Below are positions 28,196 to 41,779 of a stretch of 64,000 bases of DNA, piece after piece. A program made the translations under genes and the position numbers. The DNA lies in assembly GCA_951406725.2 (NCBI GenBank), contig OX597815.1:18414001-18478000 (forward strand), read 5' to 3'. Position 1 is the first letter of the stretch; each line of letters starts with the position of its first letter. The DNA is from Octopus vulgaris (taxonomy: Eukaryota). The notes below the pieces were generated by a model. It saw only the letters and a program-made list of their open reading frames with translations. It did no database searches and had not been told where the DNA came from.

Positions 28196-29341
28196 ATTTG
28201 TTTAATTTAGAGTGTATTGACCGAAGTAACTGACCCTGTTTCGGAAAAATCCGTCTTCTGGAAATACTTTGGAACCAAAGATTCTGGAAAATCTATGTTG
28301 TACCTGTATAAAATCATCGATATGATTTCAGGGGTATGTCTAACTCCAAAAGAGAAACATTGATTCCAACGCTCCATTTTACACTCTTGGTCCATTCTTA
28401 CTAGGAGATTCATGGCATAATAATTTTCGTTATCTGGTATAAGTAATTTTTATTGTGTACACTAGCAACCAATATCTTTCAATTAATAATAATAAATACT
28501 ATTAAGCATAAATGAGATTAAAATGATATCAGAATCATTAGGAAACGAAACGGAATCGAAGAATTCCAAGTAGATTGGAATCATGATTTTAAAAAAACGA
28601 CTTTCTAGACTTGTATATATTTGGACATAGTAATAACTGATCCTTATAAAATATTTAATATGAAACGTTTAAAATAAACGTTCTGAGTTCAAATTCCGCC
28701 GATGTCAAACATTAATTTTTACCCTTTTGGGTTCGATAACAAATACTCCGATAAAATACTGTGGTCGATATGATTACTGTACCAACTCACCAAAAAAATG
28801 TACTGCCATATGCCAATGATAGAAATCCCTATTTATTAATATCAAGATTTTCGTTGATATTGACGGAAGAAATGAGTCCCAATCGTTGTTGTTTTGAAGG
28901 ATATTATATGTTATGTTAACAGTTTATGCTGAAGATCGCCATCAGATACCGAACTTAGTTTCATAAAGAACTCAACAATCTGTATTGCCTTATATATCAA
29001 CGATTCCTTTCTGTGGTGCAAAACCACGAAGTTTGTAGGGAAAGGATATTGTGACCCTCAATATATGCTTGACATAATTGATATTATCAATCCAGTGAGG
29101 ATGAAAACCAAAAATGAATCCAGTAGGATTTGAACTGGGAACATGATGAAACGGTAAATATACATGCCATACGTAACAACACGGTCGTTAACCTGCTAGC
29201 AGCCAATTCTACCGCACAACAATAAATCAGTCTGTCACCCTAGATAAACATACATTGGAAAATATAGACCTACATTATGAAAAGGCCGGATGATCACTAC
29301 AGGAACAGGACACTGCTGAAAATAGCAGGTATGTTCGATTA

Positions 29342-29602
29342 AGACGACGAGCTGGCAGAAACATTAGCACACCGGGCGAAATGTTCAGCGGTATTTCGTC
29401 TGCCGTTACGTTGTGAGTTCAAATTCCGCCGAGGTCGATTTGCCTTTCATCCTTTCGGGGTCGATAAATTAGGTAACAGTTACGCACTGGAATCAACTTA
29501 ATCCCTTTGTCTGTCCTTGTTTGTTGACTCTATGTCTAGCCCCTTGTGAGTAATATATTTCTTTATTGCCCACAAGGAGCTAAACATGAGTAATAAAGAA
29601 AT
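29342..29602 (+). mobile_element. SINE family B with 15-bp TSD and a short internal inverted tail segment
   Basis: TSD aggtatgttcgatta at 29327-29341 and 29603-29617. Confidence 0.88.
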
Positions 29603-30349
29603 AGGTATGTTCGATTAGGGTACTTCGTGTCTAAGTACCAAGAACAACAAGAACAAGAACTAAGTATATTAACATATATTAACAAAGTGTATCTAGCAAT
29701 GCAGAGAAAGTCGTTCTAACATGGATACAGCATGGCTGAGTGTTTAAGAAGTTCGCTTCGAAACTGTTTTCGGGTTTGCTTCGAAAGTATACATATTTTT
29801 TATCGTATAGCCGGGAGAGCGGTTCTCACCACCTGTTACAGAACATTCGAGTCTAGTGGGAAGTAGGGAGGAAGATGTTCTCAAATTGGAAACCTTGCCC
29901 AAATGCTTGCAACAGACTGGATTTCACTAAAGGCACCCAAAGTGGCAAATGGTGGCGGATTAAAACTATCGATGTCGGGTTCGATCCCAATGCACGATAA
30001 ATTGAATAAGACTCTTCTACCGTAACTTCCAGTCGTCTAGATTATTGAGAATGAGATTCAGCAGATGGAATTTATGTGGGTGCCCGACAGAGGGACCACT
30101 CCTATTCCTTGTATGTCTGACTAATTTCATGACTTCGTTTAATACCACCACGTGGGTTTTAGGTGACTTTTACCTAGGCCACTCTTCTACAGGTGTAAAG
30201 ACCAAGTCTTTAAACAGAGAGCTACCATCTTCCCACCTAGTAATTTCGGTAACCCCGAGAAAGACCATACGTTCTACCTTTCCTCCCGTGACTAAGAAAT
30301 AAGGTAAAAACAAAACCCATTGATATTCCCATTACAAATAATGATTTTG

Positions 30350-30593
30350 GTACTATTTAAGAAGAGTGGTCCCGGTGCGCGCACTTGCGTACTCACGCAT
30401 TCGCGCTAACTAGTCTTGACTAGTCGATCCTTACTTTGTGTTTTTGTGTTTTATTTACTTTGTTTAAAAAAATTATTTTTTGTTTTATTTACTTTGCTAG
30501 GCAGTCGTTGTATGATCGACTAATCACGACTAGCTATCGCAGATGCGTGAGTACGCGAGTGCACGCACCGGGACCACTCTTCTTAAATAGTAC
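30350..30593. mobile_element. MITE with ~80-bp TIRs and 8-10-bp TSD (Mutator/hAT-like)
   Basis: gtactatttaagaagagtggtcccggtgcg...cgcaccgggaccactcttcttaaatagtac; aatgatttt on both sides. Confidence 0.85.
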
Positions 30594-32415
30594 AATGATT
30601 TTTAAAAATATTTTGATAAAAAAAAAAAAAAACGTAACAGACAAGGCTGCAACTATTAAATTACTAACATATTCAGGAATGTAGGAACAATCACTACAGA
30701 ATATTATAAAAGCATTTATGTAAAAAAAAAAATATATATATAATAAAATAAAAATAAATTAAGAGCAAACTGCAAATATTTCGTACTTACATCATACTTG
30801 TCCCTGGTTTATTAGCAAAAATACGTATACACCGAGAAATTTTACCATTACTCCTGATATTGCTATCTTAGTAATTTTAATATTCATATCATACGCGCTA
30901 TTTTGACAACACGTGTACTCCGTTTTATTCCTCCATTAGACAGGCAACAGATCAATTAATGCACTTCAATATTATCGATTTTGAAAAAAAAAAGTATTTA
31001 TACATTAATACAATTCTGCGGCTGGAAATTAAATACAAACAAACAATAATTGTTCACTGTAGAAGTTTTCGGTTAACCTAAAAAAATGAAGTGAAGAAAA
31101 GGAAAACAAACGATATGTGGCACACATGTATTAAACTTTGCTATCGTCGTTTGCACTTGCCTTCTTTATTTTTCAGAGCTGTTGGTACTCGAGATCATTA
31201 TTATCTCGGAATGAATGCGTACAACATGTTGATGTTAATCTGAGAGCGCCAGAGTCGGTAGTTTGACGTTTGTAGAAGTGTTTTGGTTTTCCATAAACAT
31301 GTTGTGTGGACAGTGACTGAGAAAGAGATTAATGAGAAGAAGAGTCTTTGCAAAAAGATATGCTGGTATTTATTGTTGATTAACCCCAGGTCAGTCCTGC
31401 TGCAGGGGACCGATGATCAAAAGCACATTGTTTTTTTTATTCTTTTTTTTTTACGCAGTGTAGTTTAGGACAACATTATCCACTATGAGATCCTTTTTTG
31501 AAAGGTCGAAAATTTGAGGGAGAGTTCTGCTGTTATTTCTAGCAGGCCCAGTGACCCGAAAGTGGCTACCACGTTGGCTCGCGAAATTACTACTGTTGTT
31601 ATTGTAGGTGCTTGTTAATTTGCTTTTATAGGAATAGAGAAATTTTAAAAAGAGATAAAATAAGAAAGATGAGAGGAAATGAGAGAGATAGATAGAAAGA
31701 TAGCAAGAGAGAGAGAGGGGGGGGGAGAGAGAGAGATAGCAAGACTGAGAGTGAAGGGATGGGAATAGAGTATGTTTTGTGAAAACGGTTGTGGTGTGGG
31801 TGATGCTTGAAAATGGTAGCAGTGACGTCTGTCCGACGTCTGACACTAACCACAGGATTTTTTATCTAGGTAAAGGTATCCCATCCATTTCGTTAAAAGC
31901 AATAAGCACTTTGTCAATTGAAACACTACAGCTCATACAGTTTAGGATAGGTAAAAAATATTTCTTTGAATTTATTCCTTGGCTTATTTATATATTTATT
32001 TATTTATTTATTTATACACTCCTTAGATCTTGACAGGATGTTTTGAAAAGACGAGTAAACGGGGGCTCATCTTCTCGAGGTGGTAGCGGTGTGGTGCTGG
32101 TGAGAGGAAATGTAGTAATGGCTTCTTCTTAAGCGCTCACAAATACATACATACATATACAAAACTACCATATATTTTCATCTTTTACCACCTCACAACC
32201 CAAAACACCCACCTCAAAAAATACTGATAAGAGTCGCAAGTACAAATAACTATTAATACTAAATGATATTCTCAAGTTTACGTATCTTCCTTCCGCCCTT
32301 TCCTCTTTTCCTTACTCCTAGAAACACATATACATACACATATGCTCATGTACACATACGCACACGCCACCTACATACATGCATGCATACATACATAATC
32401 ACACACACACATACA

Positions 32416-32447
<32 letters not shown>

Positions 32448-32450
32448 CAC

Positions 32451-32481
<31 letters not shown>

Positions 32482-32569
32482 CACACATACATACATAGGG
32501 CGGCAGTATTACCAATCTCAAGTCACTAACAGTTGATGTTAAAGATGGGAGAAACTTTTCGTGCTGCAG

Positions 32570-32632
<63 letters not shown>

Positions 32633-32965
32633 AAGCTACTGTTAATAGACCAACTGCTAATACTTATACAACTGCAACACCGTCACCACTCCAAAATAGC
32701 TACTACCACTACTACTGCAAAACCAAGAACTACGACAACATGTACAACCACCTCAGCAACTACCACGACTGCAGGTAAATACCTCGCCACCATCACCACC
32801 ATCACCACCACAACCACAACCGTTCTCACAACAATCACAACAACCACTACGACAAAAGACACCACCGAATCTCACTATAATCACTACTATCACAACTGGC
32901 ATCAGCAACATCACAAAACATAACATTGCCTCAAATACATTAAACGTTGTAGCTACTGCTGTTGT

Positions 32966-33049
<84 letters not shown>

Positions 33050-33072
33050 GAAGAAGAAGAAGAAGAAGAAGA
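32570..33072. repeat. Low-complexity (CTA)/(CAC)/(TAA)/(GAA) tract
   Basis: Read directly. Confidence 0.9.
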
Positions 33073-33129
33073 ATATACTACAATTAATAGTTATGACACA
33101 GGCACAATATCTAAACACACTCACAATTA

Positions 33130-33330
33130 ATGGTTTCAAATTTTGTCACAAGGTGGAGGGAGATGTCGATTATATTTACCACTGTATTCAACTCTTACTT
33201 ATTGTAACGACTTCGGGAGGATGAAAGGTGTAAAGTCGACTTCGGCGGAATTTGAACTCAGAACGTAAAGACGGACGAAATGCCGCTAAGCATTTTGTCT
33301 GGCGTACTAACGATCCTCCCAGCTCAACGA
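33130..33330 (-). mobile_element. Older SINE family B copy
   Basis: ggatgaaagg...gtcgacttcggcggaatttgaactcagaacg. Confidence 0.8.
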
Positions 33331-33346
33331 CTTACGCTACTAATGA

Positions 33347-33687
33347 GTTGAAACCCCCTTCGGTCACGACACAGACCATGGGATTGCACCTAGAAAGTTA
33401 GGCTCCCAGGCACAAGTCCGGGCAAGGTTGTTTTATGGAAGATCAGCAGTCGCCCATGCATACCAGCCTCCTCTCTTCACACCACCAGTGTTATCCAAGA
33501 GAAAAGCAAAGGCCGATACAGCTTGGCACCAGTGATGTTGCAACTCATTTCTACAGCTGAGTGAACTGGAGCAACGTGAAATAAAGTGTCTTGCTCAAGA
33601 ACACAACACGCAGCCCGGTCCAAGATTCGAATTCATAACCTCACGATCGTAAGCTCGACGCTCTAACCACTGAGCCACGCGCCTCCA
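33347..33687 (-). mobile_element. tRNA-derived SINE family D with ~16-bp TSD
   Basis: Head ggaggcgcgtggctcagtggttagagcg on the minus strand; TSD ct(t/c)acgctactaatga at 33331-33346 and 33688-33703. Confidence 0.9.
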
Positions 33688-33747
33688 CTCACGCTACTAA
33701 TGATGTTATTAATATTTGCTGCTACTGGTGGTAATACTACTAACGTG

Positions 33748-34133
33748 GAGGCGCAATGGCCCAGTGGTTAGGGCAGCGGACTCGCGGTCGTAGGATCGCG
33801 GTTTCGATTCCCAGACCGGGCGTTGTGAGTGTTTATTGAGCGAAAACACCTAAAGCTCCACGAGGCTTCGGTAGGGAATGGCGGTGATCCCTGCTGTACT
33901 CTTTCACCACAACTTTCTCTCACTCTTACTTCCTGTTTCTGTTGTACCTTGTATTTCAAAGGGCCAGCCTTGTCACTCTCTGTGTCACGCTAAATATACC
34001 CGAGAACTACATTAAGGGTGCACGTGTCTGTGGAGTGCTCAGCCACTTACACGTTAATTTCACGAGCAGGCTGTTCCGTTGATTCGGATCAACCGGAACC
34101 CTCGTCGTCGTAACCGACGGAGTGCTTCCATCC
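33748..34133 (+). mobile_element. tRNA-derived SINE family C, full length, 15-bp TSD
   Basis: A-box tggcccagtgg, B-box ggtttcgattcc; TSD aatactactaacgtg at 33733-33747 and 34134-34148. Confidence 0.92.
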
Positions 34134-34668
34134 AATACTACTAACGTGCCTAGGAGCAATGCTACTATTACGGCTTTCACTACTCCGTCCCAACCACTAC
34201 GACCACCATCACTACCAACGCCACCATCGTTAATATGATCATCATAACCACAAGCATCACAACCACCATAATCACTGTTCCAGTTACCTTAAAGTACATC
34301 ATTGTGATCTTGAACAAATAGCAGTAAATATTAGATTGTGTATCACTGGAGAAAAACAGGATAGTCTTGATGCGAATGTCTTCCGTCATAGTTCTACTCA
34401 GTTTGGGCTGATGAAATGAGGGCTAAACTATAACAACAACGTAATTATGGTCATTATCACCATCGCAAACACTTTCATAACCATTACCAACAGCCTAAGA
34501 GTGAAGGTCTATTGTACATCCAATTAGGAGGTCTTACGTCAATTTGAACATTTTTGTCCGCGCGAACAGATTTGGTTAATCCTCTGTCGGTTTTGGAGAT
34601 GAGCATTTAATCGTTCAATCAAGTGAAATTGCTACATGGGATACGGTTGCTTTTTCCGCTTACGCGTG

Positions 34669-34778
34669 TACCTATTTCTTTACTACCCACAACGGGCAAA
34701 ACACAGAGAGGACAAACAAGGACAGACAAACGGATTAAGTCGATTGTATCGACCCAAGTGCGTAACTGGTACTTATTT
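34669..34778 (-). mobile_element. SINE family B 3' fragment
   Basis: cctatttctttactacccacaa...tgcgtaactggtacttattt. Confidence 0.8.
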
Positions 34779-35190
34779 AAGAAAAGGAGAGGACAGAGTG
34801 TGTCTCCCTGAAATATTCCTCTTCTAATGGAGATGGCTTTGATTTTTACGAGTACCGCTTTTCCTAAGCACTTTTTCTAATAATTCAGTCAAATCCTCGA
34901 ATAGACTTCGGTGTTGTAAACGTTATACTTTTGGAATCAATCTGAAGTGTAAGGGTACATGATGCTATTATGCTCCCCAGCTACTTTTGCTCGTAATCAA
35001 AAGGGCACATATCGTCAGCCACTAAAACACATGCTCAACTGGTTAAGGTCAAGCAACTGACAAGCAAATCTGTGATATTGAGCAGAATATTCACTCTAGC
35101 CCATTTTTTATACCAGAACAAAACAATATACATGATAACACTTCCAATCAGTTAAGATCAGACGTCATGAGAACCACTGCCTGATACTGC

Positions 35191-35277
<87 letters not shown>

Positions 35278-35283
35278 GTTATT
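35191..35283. repeat. Inverted microsatellite (ATA)n(TAT)n
   Basis: Read directly. Confidence 0.93.
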
Positions 35284-35706
35284 AATTTAGGAGAAGCATC
35301 TCATAAATATTGACTAAAATTTACTAGTCTCTATTGAATTTATGCTTTATGATACAGACACAGGAAAACCTTATTGTGTGTACATTAAATTAATTAGAAC
35401 ATGGTAAACATTATTGATAGAGACAATTTTTAGGTTTCTGACACCTGCTCTCACAGTTTTCGACAATGTGAACTTGTAACATTTATAGATTAAGTGAAAT
35501 ATGGAATGCTTCGACACATGCAATGAAATTATAAAGTAGAATCGGCTAGACGTTCGTTAAATATTGATTTTAAAATTTTGCTCAAGACTCAAGCAACCTT
35601 CGTGCAACTGGGTGGAATTTTTGTCGTTCACCGATTTATTGGAACAACGAGAGAGAGCAGTACTCATCTGTCATGCATTGCCTATATAATAAGTATGTAA
35701 ATAAGT

Positions 35707-36152
35707 AGGCGTAGAAGTGGCTGTGTGGTAAGTAGCTTGCTCACCAACCACATAGCTCCGGGTTCAGTCCCACTGCGTGGCACCTTGGGCAAGTGTCTTC
35801 TACTATAGCCTCGGGCCGACCAAAACCTTGTGAGTGGATTTGGTAGACTGAAACTATATATATATGTCTATGTCTGTATATGTTTGTATGTCTGTGTTTG
35901 TCCCCGCCCCCAACATCGATGCTGATGTTTTTACGTTCCCGTAACTTAGCGGTTCGGCTAGACGTTCGTTCAATATTGATTTTAAAATTTTGCTCAAGAC
36001 TAGCGACCTTCATGCAACCGGGTGGAATTTTGTTGTTCACCGATAGAACAAGTACTAGGCTTACAAAGAATAAATCCTGGGGTCGATTTGCTCTACTAAA
36101 GGCGGTGCTCCAGCATGGCCACAGTCACATGACTGAAGCAAGTAAAAGAGTA
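35707..36152 (+). mobile_element. SINE family A with a locally templated insertion
   Basis: Standard head and tail; foreign ~80 bp at 35959-36038. Confidence 0.88.
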
Positions 36153-36992
36153 AATCTGTTTCCGCTCCTTTTTCGATAAAATTCAGAGCAAGAAAACCAG
36201 TAGTACTTTACAACCATCACTGTCTATCTAATCAGAATTCAAAGATGTTCCCATAATTTTTTCTTTTAGAGAACCCAGCAAAAATCAAGGTAGTGGTCAT
36301 TATCTACTCTTATAATTAGTCTATAATATGACAAGCCTTAAATGGACTGGAGCTCGATTTTCCGTATATCGATTCTTTGGATTTGCTTTCCTTTATTTCA
36401 GCAACGTGTGCATTTACTTAGTCGAATTGTACTATAGACACATTCCGAAGACATTAATGTGTACAACACTACTGCTGCAGTACATGTTAACTCTACCTCT
36501 ATATATGAATACTGCGATTGAAAATGGTTAATTTTCTTTGTGTGAAACACCACCTCTCTTTTATGAGGGGTTCTAAGTAAACATGTACTGTTTAAATATT
36601 GACTAATCATTGACTTATTAAGCCGGCCGTGGACTACCCTTAGAGATTACGTAAGAAATTAAAGACTGTTTACATTGTTCTTGTCTCACGCATCCATATT
36701 TATAGTATCTACAATATCATAATATTATTAAACGTTTATCATAAAACGTAGTTAACTGATTCCTGCGAATACTTAATTGATATCGTTTAAGCGACACCAG
36801 TAACGTCTGTACTTATGTATTTGATACTTTCTGTATAAAATATGCCAAGAATATCGTCAACGAAATATGGTCGTAAACTAACGTAACTAAGGAGAAGGAA
36901 TTATTGTATTACAGTCTTTTCCACACCGCCACCTCAATAAAAATTCGTATTTAGACGTGTTATTACATGAAACTAACGTGGAAAGGATAATG

Positions 36993-37048
<56 letters not shown>

Positions 37049-37051
<3 letters not shown>

Positions 37052-37220
37052 CCTTTCTTCTATAAGCTGAAATTGGGGCAAGTTGATTAGATCGACCTCA
37101 GTGCGTAACTGGTACTTAACCGAAATGATGAAAAGCAAAATGGACCTCGGCGGAATTTTTAACTCAGAACGTAAAGACGGACAAAATGCTGCTAAGCACT
37201 TTGTCCGGCCTGCTAACGAT
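37049..37220 (-). mobile_element. Older SINE family B copy after (TAA)n
   Basis: gacctcggcggaatttttaactcagaacgtaaagacggac. Confidence 0.75.
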
Positions 37221-37619
37221 TGAGTCAAATCTACTTATAGACTTCGATGTGGTAAATGTTATACTTTTGGAACCAATCTGAAATGCAAGGGTACATTGTT
37301 TGCCCTTACACTATCTAAGCATATACCCTAAACATACGAAAATAAATACCAAAACAGAATGGAATTTCGTAAATAGTTTTGCACCAAAAACGTATTATCC
37401 CCGTTGTCTACTACAGATACTTTAAAATACTTATAATGTATTATTAACAAAATACGTTTTGAAATTAATAATGTTATTACTTTGCAAAGTAGTCAAATGA
37501 CGGTAAATCCAAAATGATTTCGCATAGTAAAATCGCTTAGGTGTCAGTATTGTTCAGCTATATTATTCATATTTTGTGCCATGTCAGAAAAGCATCTTTT
37601 ATTTTTATATTTACACGAG

Positions 37620-37650
<31 letters not shown>

Positions 37651-37913
37651 TGTATAACATATTCTGAAAAGGAGCCTTTCTTGATAAACATACTAAGATT
37701 GATTCTTGCAGATTAAAGCAGTCAATAATTCGCGAAGAAAATGTTTATCATTCTGCTAGAGGCAAAGATAGGTATCATATGAAAAATAAATAAATAAATA
37801 AATAAGCTCAATGAAAAAAATACTTCTGCTGTAAATTGTTTACACCAATCTCTGGAAATTAAGTTTGCAAAGATTCAAGATATGTAAATGAAAAGAACGT
37901 TATCTAGGATGAT

Positions 37914-37969
<56 letters not shown>

Positions 37970-39289
37970 TGATAAGCAAATTTGGAGTTCTTACTTTAAA
38001 TGTTATTAAGGGTCTAGAATTATAGACAATTAATTTCGTACCATACTATGAGTAAACAATCGAGTATCTTCTTAGCATTATTCCATCAATAAATTTGCGT
38101 TACTGCGGTTTTCTTAAGGCAATCGAGTTGGAAGTATAGATACAATCTCATTTGTGAGTTGTAGTGAAAATTAGCACCAATAAATATGAAGATGTAAGAA
38201 ATAGAATTAATCTTCAAGACTAACTGTATGTCAACAATATAATATCGTACTATATTAAAACCGTCTATATTGCAATCATGGTATTATATGTATATTTTGT
38301 CAAAAGATTTTGTTCCTGATTAGTTGTAGCTTGCAAATAAACATCCTTATATTTTCTTACTAACCAAAAATTAATTATCTGATTTTCAGGCTAACATCTA
38401 TGTCGAAGTATTTTTAGACACTATATTGAATGTGTTCGTGCTCACTGCAGTATGTTGACATTTGAACTCGAAAATTATAGAGGCTCTGAATACTTTCTAG
38501 GGCACTGCAGAGTACTTGAGTGTCTTATTGTAGTCTTGGTAGCAAGATTTAGAAGGAATCCAAAGCAGTTGACATAACAAGCAGAGAACACTTCTTTACT
38601 CTTGTTGCCAAATATCTATTCAATATTCAAAATTGTACTCGAGTACCATGAACTGATATTTGTCAAAATTAATGGGGAATGTTCTGATGGCGCAGTATAT
38701 ATAAGCAATGGCGAGAGAATCAAAGAGCTTGGCTTATGTTGCCGGTCATGCTTATTTTATCATCTTCACGCATGTTTCCATGTCTTCCTCCACTGATGGT
38801 TTCTGAATTAGTGATAAGGGCACACATTTTGAATAGAAGTGGGTAATCGATTACATCAACTGGTACATTATTTTATCGATTCCCGGGGACGAAAGGCAGC
38901 ATTGCCGTCAGTATGATTAGAATACGTTGGGGTTTGACAAAATGAATTTTGCATCGTGATCTGAGGAGTGATAGTGCTGGATGTAATGTCGTCAAATAAA
39001 GGCAAATGTTCTTGACTATCATCTAAGTCAACATTTCATTTCTGATACAGTGCCGGTATAGTGAGATATATAACTAGAAAGATTGAAATTTGATAAATAG
39101 CAAGCCCTAGACTCTTGCACTACACATCTGTACTCTAGCCGTAACAACCAGGAACTGATGAAGTCTACCGGCGCGAAAATTTTCATGCGTGCACAGGAAG
39201 GGTGGCATCACCTTCCACCCAAAGGACTTTGCCCACGCGGCCTTAGTTGGACAGGAAAAAATAAGTCGGATACTTTTCGAAAGCACCTC

Positions 39290-39337
<48 letters not shown>

Positions 39338-39359
39338 TTAGAGATAAAACCACTATTAG

Positions 39360-39732
39360 GTCATGAATGACCAATTGACCTAAAAGTTACCCAATCCATA
39401 ACAATTCCGGGCAAGGTTGTTTATGGAAGACTTTAGCAGTATGCATACCAGCCTCCCCTCTCCACACCACCAGTGTTATCTAAAGGGAAAGACAAAGGTC
39501 GATACAGCTTGGCACCAGTGACGTCGCAACTCATTTCTACAGCTGAGTGAACTGGAGCAACGTGAAATAAAGTGCCTTGCTCAAGAACACAACACGTAGC
39601 CCGGTCCGGGATTCGAGCTCACAACCTCACGATCGTAAGCTCGACGCTCTAACCACTGAGCCATGCGCCTTCACGGATTCGAGCTCACAACCTCACGATC
39701 GTAAGCTCGACGCTCTAACCACTGAGCCATGC
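39360..39732 (-). mobile_element. SINE family D with duplicated tRNA head segment
   Basis: Homologous to 33347-33687; ggattcgagctcacaacc...ccactgagccatgcg repeated in tandem. Confidence 0.88.
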
Positions 39733-39733
39733 G

Positions 39734-39784
<51 letters not shown>

Positions 39785-40517
39785 TGTGTGTGCGTGCGTG
39801 TGTGTGTGTGTGTATACTTCATTTTTGTATATACACTAACACATACATGCATACATACATACATGGTAGTCGTCTATCCGTTATACAGAGTCTGACTACC
39901 TCTCGTACCTTAGATCTACCATGGTGTCTGGTGTGGCAACAATGTATTGAAAAGATACTCATATCGCATATCCGATTTTGACCACCAAGCACTGCAGTTA
40001 AGTTCTGATCTTTGTGGATCTTAAAATGGTCTTTTGAGGCCTCCGTTAGATTTTTTCAGACCTTATTGCATACACAGCATTGAAAGGTGTTCATAGATAT
40101 GTAGGCAGAATAGTTGATGGAGGTTTGTTTTTCATGGATCTGCAAATAAAATTTGAGCCCAGCAAAAGAAAGGCATGGTCTGAAACAAGGTGTGCACACG
40201 AAAAATGTCACGGAGATTCAACTTCTCGATCGCAACATTCTTCTTTAAATCTCCCTTAAATCTTGCGTATGTTATCCTGGCCTCCTCAAAATCTTTTACT
40301 CTACTGCACACTTTTGTTCGCCATCCAGCTCGATCCGAAGTATACATATAGAATGATAGATATAAGCACTTACATACAAACATACATACATACATACATA
40401 CATACATACATACATACATACATACATACATACATACATACATACATACATACATACATACATACATACATACATACATACATACATACACACATACGTA
40501 CATACATACATACATAC

Positions 40518-40586
40518 ATATATGAAAGAATGGATTTGAACGACGAATTTTGTTAATTCGTCGTTCAACTCCATTCTTTCATATAT
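40518..40586. repeat. Near-perfect palindrome (~32-bp arms, 5-nt loop)
   Basis: atatatgaaagaatgga(t)ttgaacgacgaatt-ttgtt-aattcgtcgttcaa(c)tccattctttcatatat. Confidence 0.9.
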
Positions 40587-41779
40587 TTATATTTAAAAAA
40601 AAAACATACAAATTTCCACACGAAAGCACGTAACTTCAAACGTGTCTTCTCTGATGTGAATTTGCTACCCAGGTATCGGTTAACCGAATTATCCATAACA
40701 AGATAATTCATTCAACTACTCAAATATACACACATACGTACATACATACATACATACGTACATACATACATACATACATACATACATACATACATACATA
40801 CATACATACATACATTTCTGATACAGAACTCTATGAAACACAACTTAGACATGTGGTGGTGGCGATGGTGGTGGATAGACACGCCTAGAAGTTATAGCTA
40901 TTTCGAGACTTTATTTCTGTGTTATTTCTGTCATGCACTGTATAACCTATATATCGTTAAGAGAACATCCATTAACAAAGCAATGCTTCGTTACAAAATA
41001 ATGAATTTATGAAAAATATTTAGAATTATTAGTACGATATAGGATATATAGGATATAACATATAGATTCCAATATGTTTTGTCTTAAAATCTGGGTTGCC
41101 TACAGCATTAAAATATTTAACGTATTTCATCGGAAGAAGCATTGATAAATACATTTCAAAGGCAGAACAGATAATGTTCTTTCGTCGTATTACTAAATGG
41201 TATTAGTGCGTAGGAGACTGTCATAGGCTTTTGAACTATCGCTATTTCATGGCTGGTACATTATCTATTTTAGAGGGATTAAAGTACATTGTCACAGTTA
41301 TTATTGTTACACTGTTTTTCACATTTAACAGTGATCGTAATATATGATAAATTGTCATGGCTATAGTGTGTGAAAGGTAAGTTCAAATTGTGATGACAGG
41401 GACAGCTACTTCTCTTGAGATATTTTGTAATCCATCGTTGTATTCTAAGTTCAAGCCCTACATTTAAACACATACGCACATATACGTATAACAAACTCCA
41501 AAATATCAGTTTGAAAACTGCTTTTAAGCGAAAAACTCCTGTCACAGTCACCTTTTGTAAGCTTATAAACATCTAATTATTAAAGTGGCAAAATTATCAG
41601 AAAAGCCATTTCTATTCATGTTTTCAAAGTACATATACTTATATATAGGGGAATATGTGAAGATTCACAGCGCTTTTTCTTTATCTCTCTGTTCCTCTTC
41701 TTTCCAGCTCAGACAAAAGCTAGAAAGAATATGCGTGAATTCGAATGTTTGTGTCTTTGTTTTCAATCGCTTTTGTTTT

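Noticed and set aside
33748-33822. tRNA gene
   Set aside because: The tRNA-like head continues into a SINE body bounded by a TSD; the same applies to all other A/B-box heads
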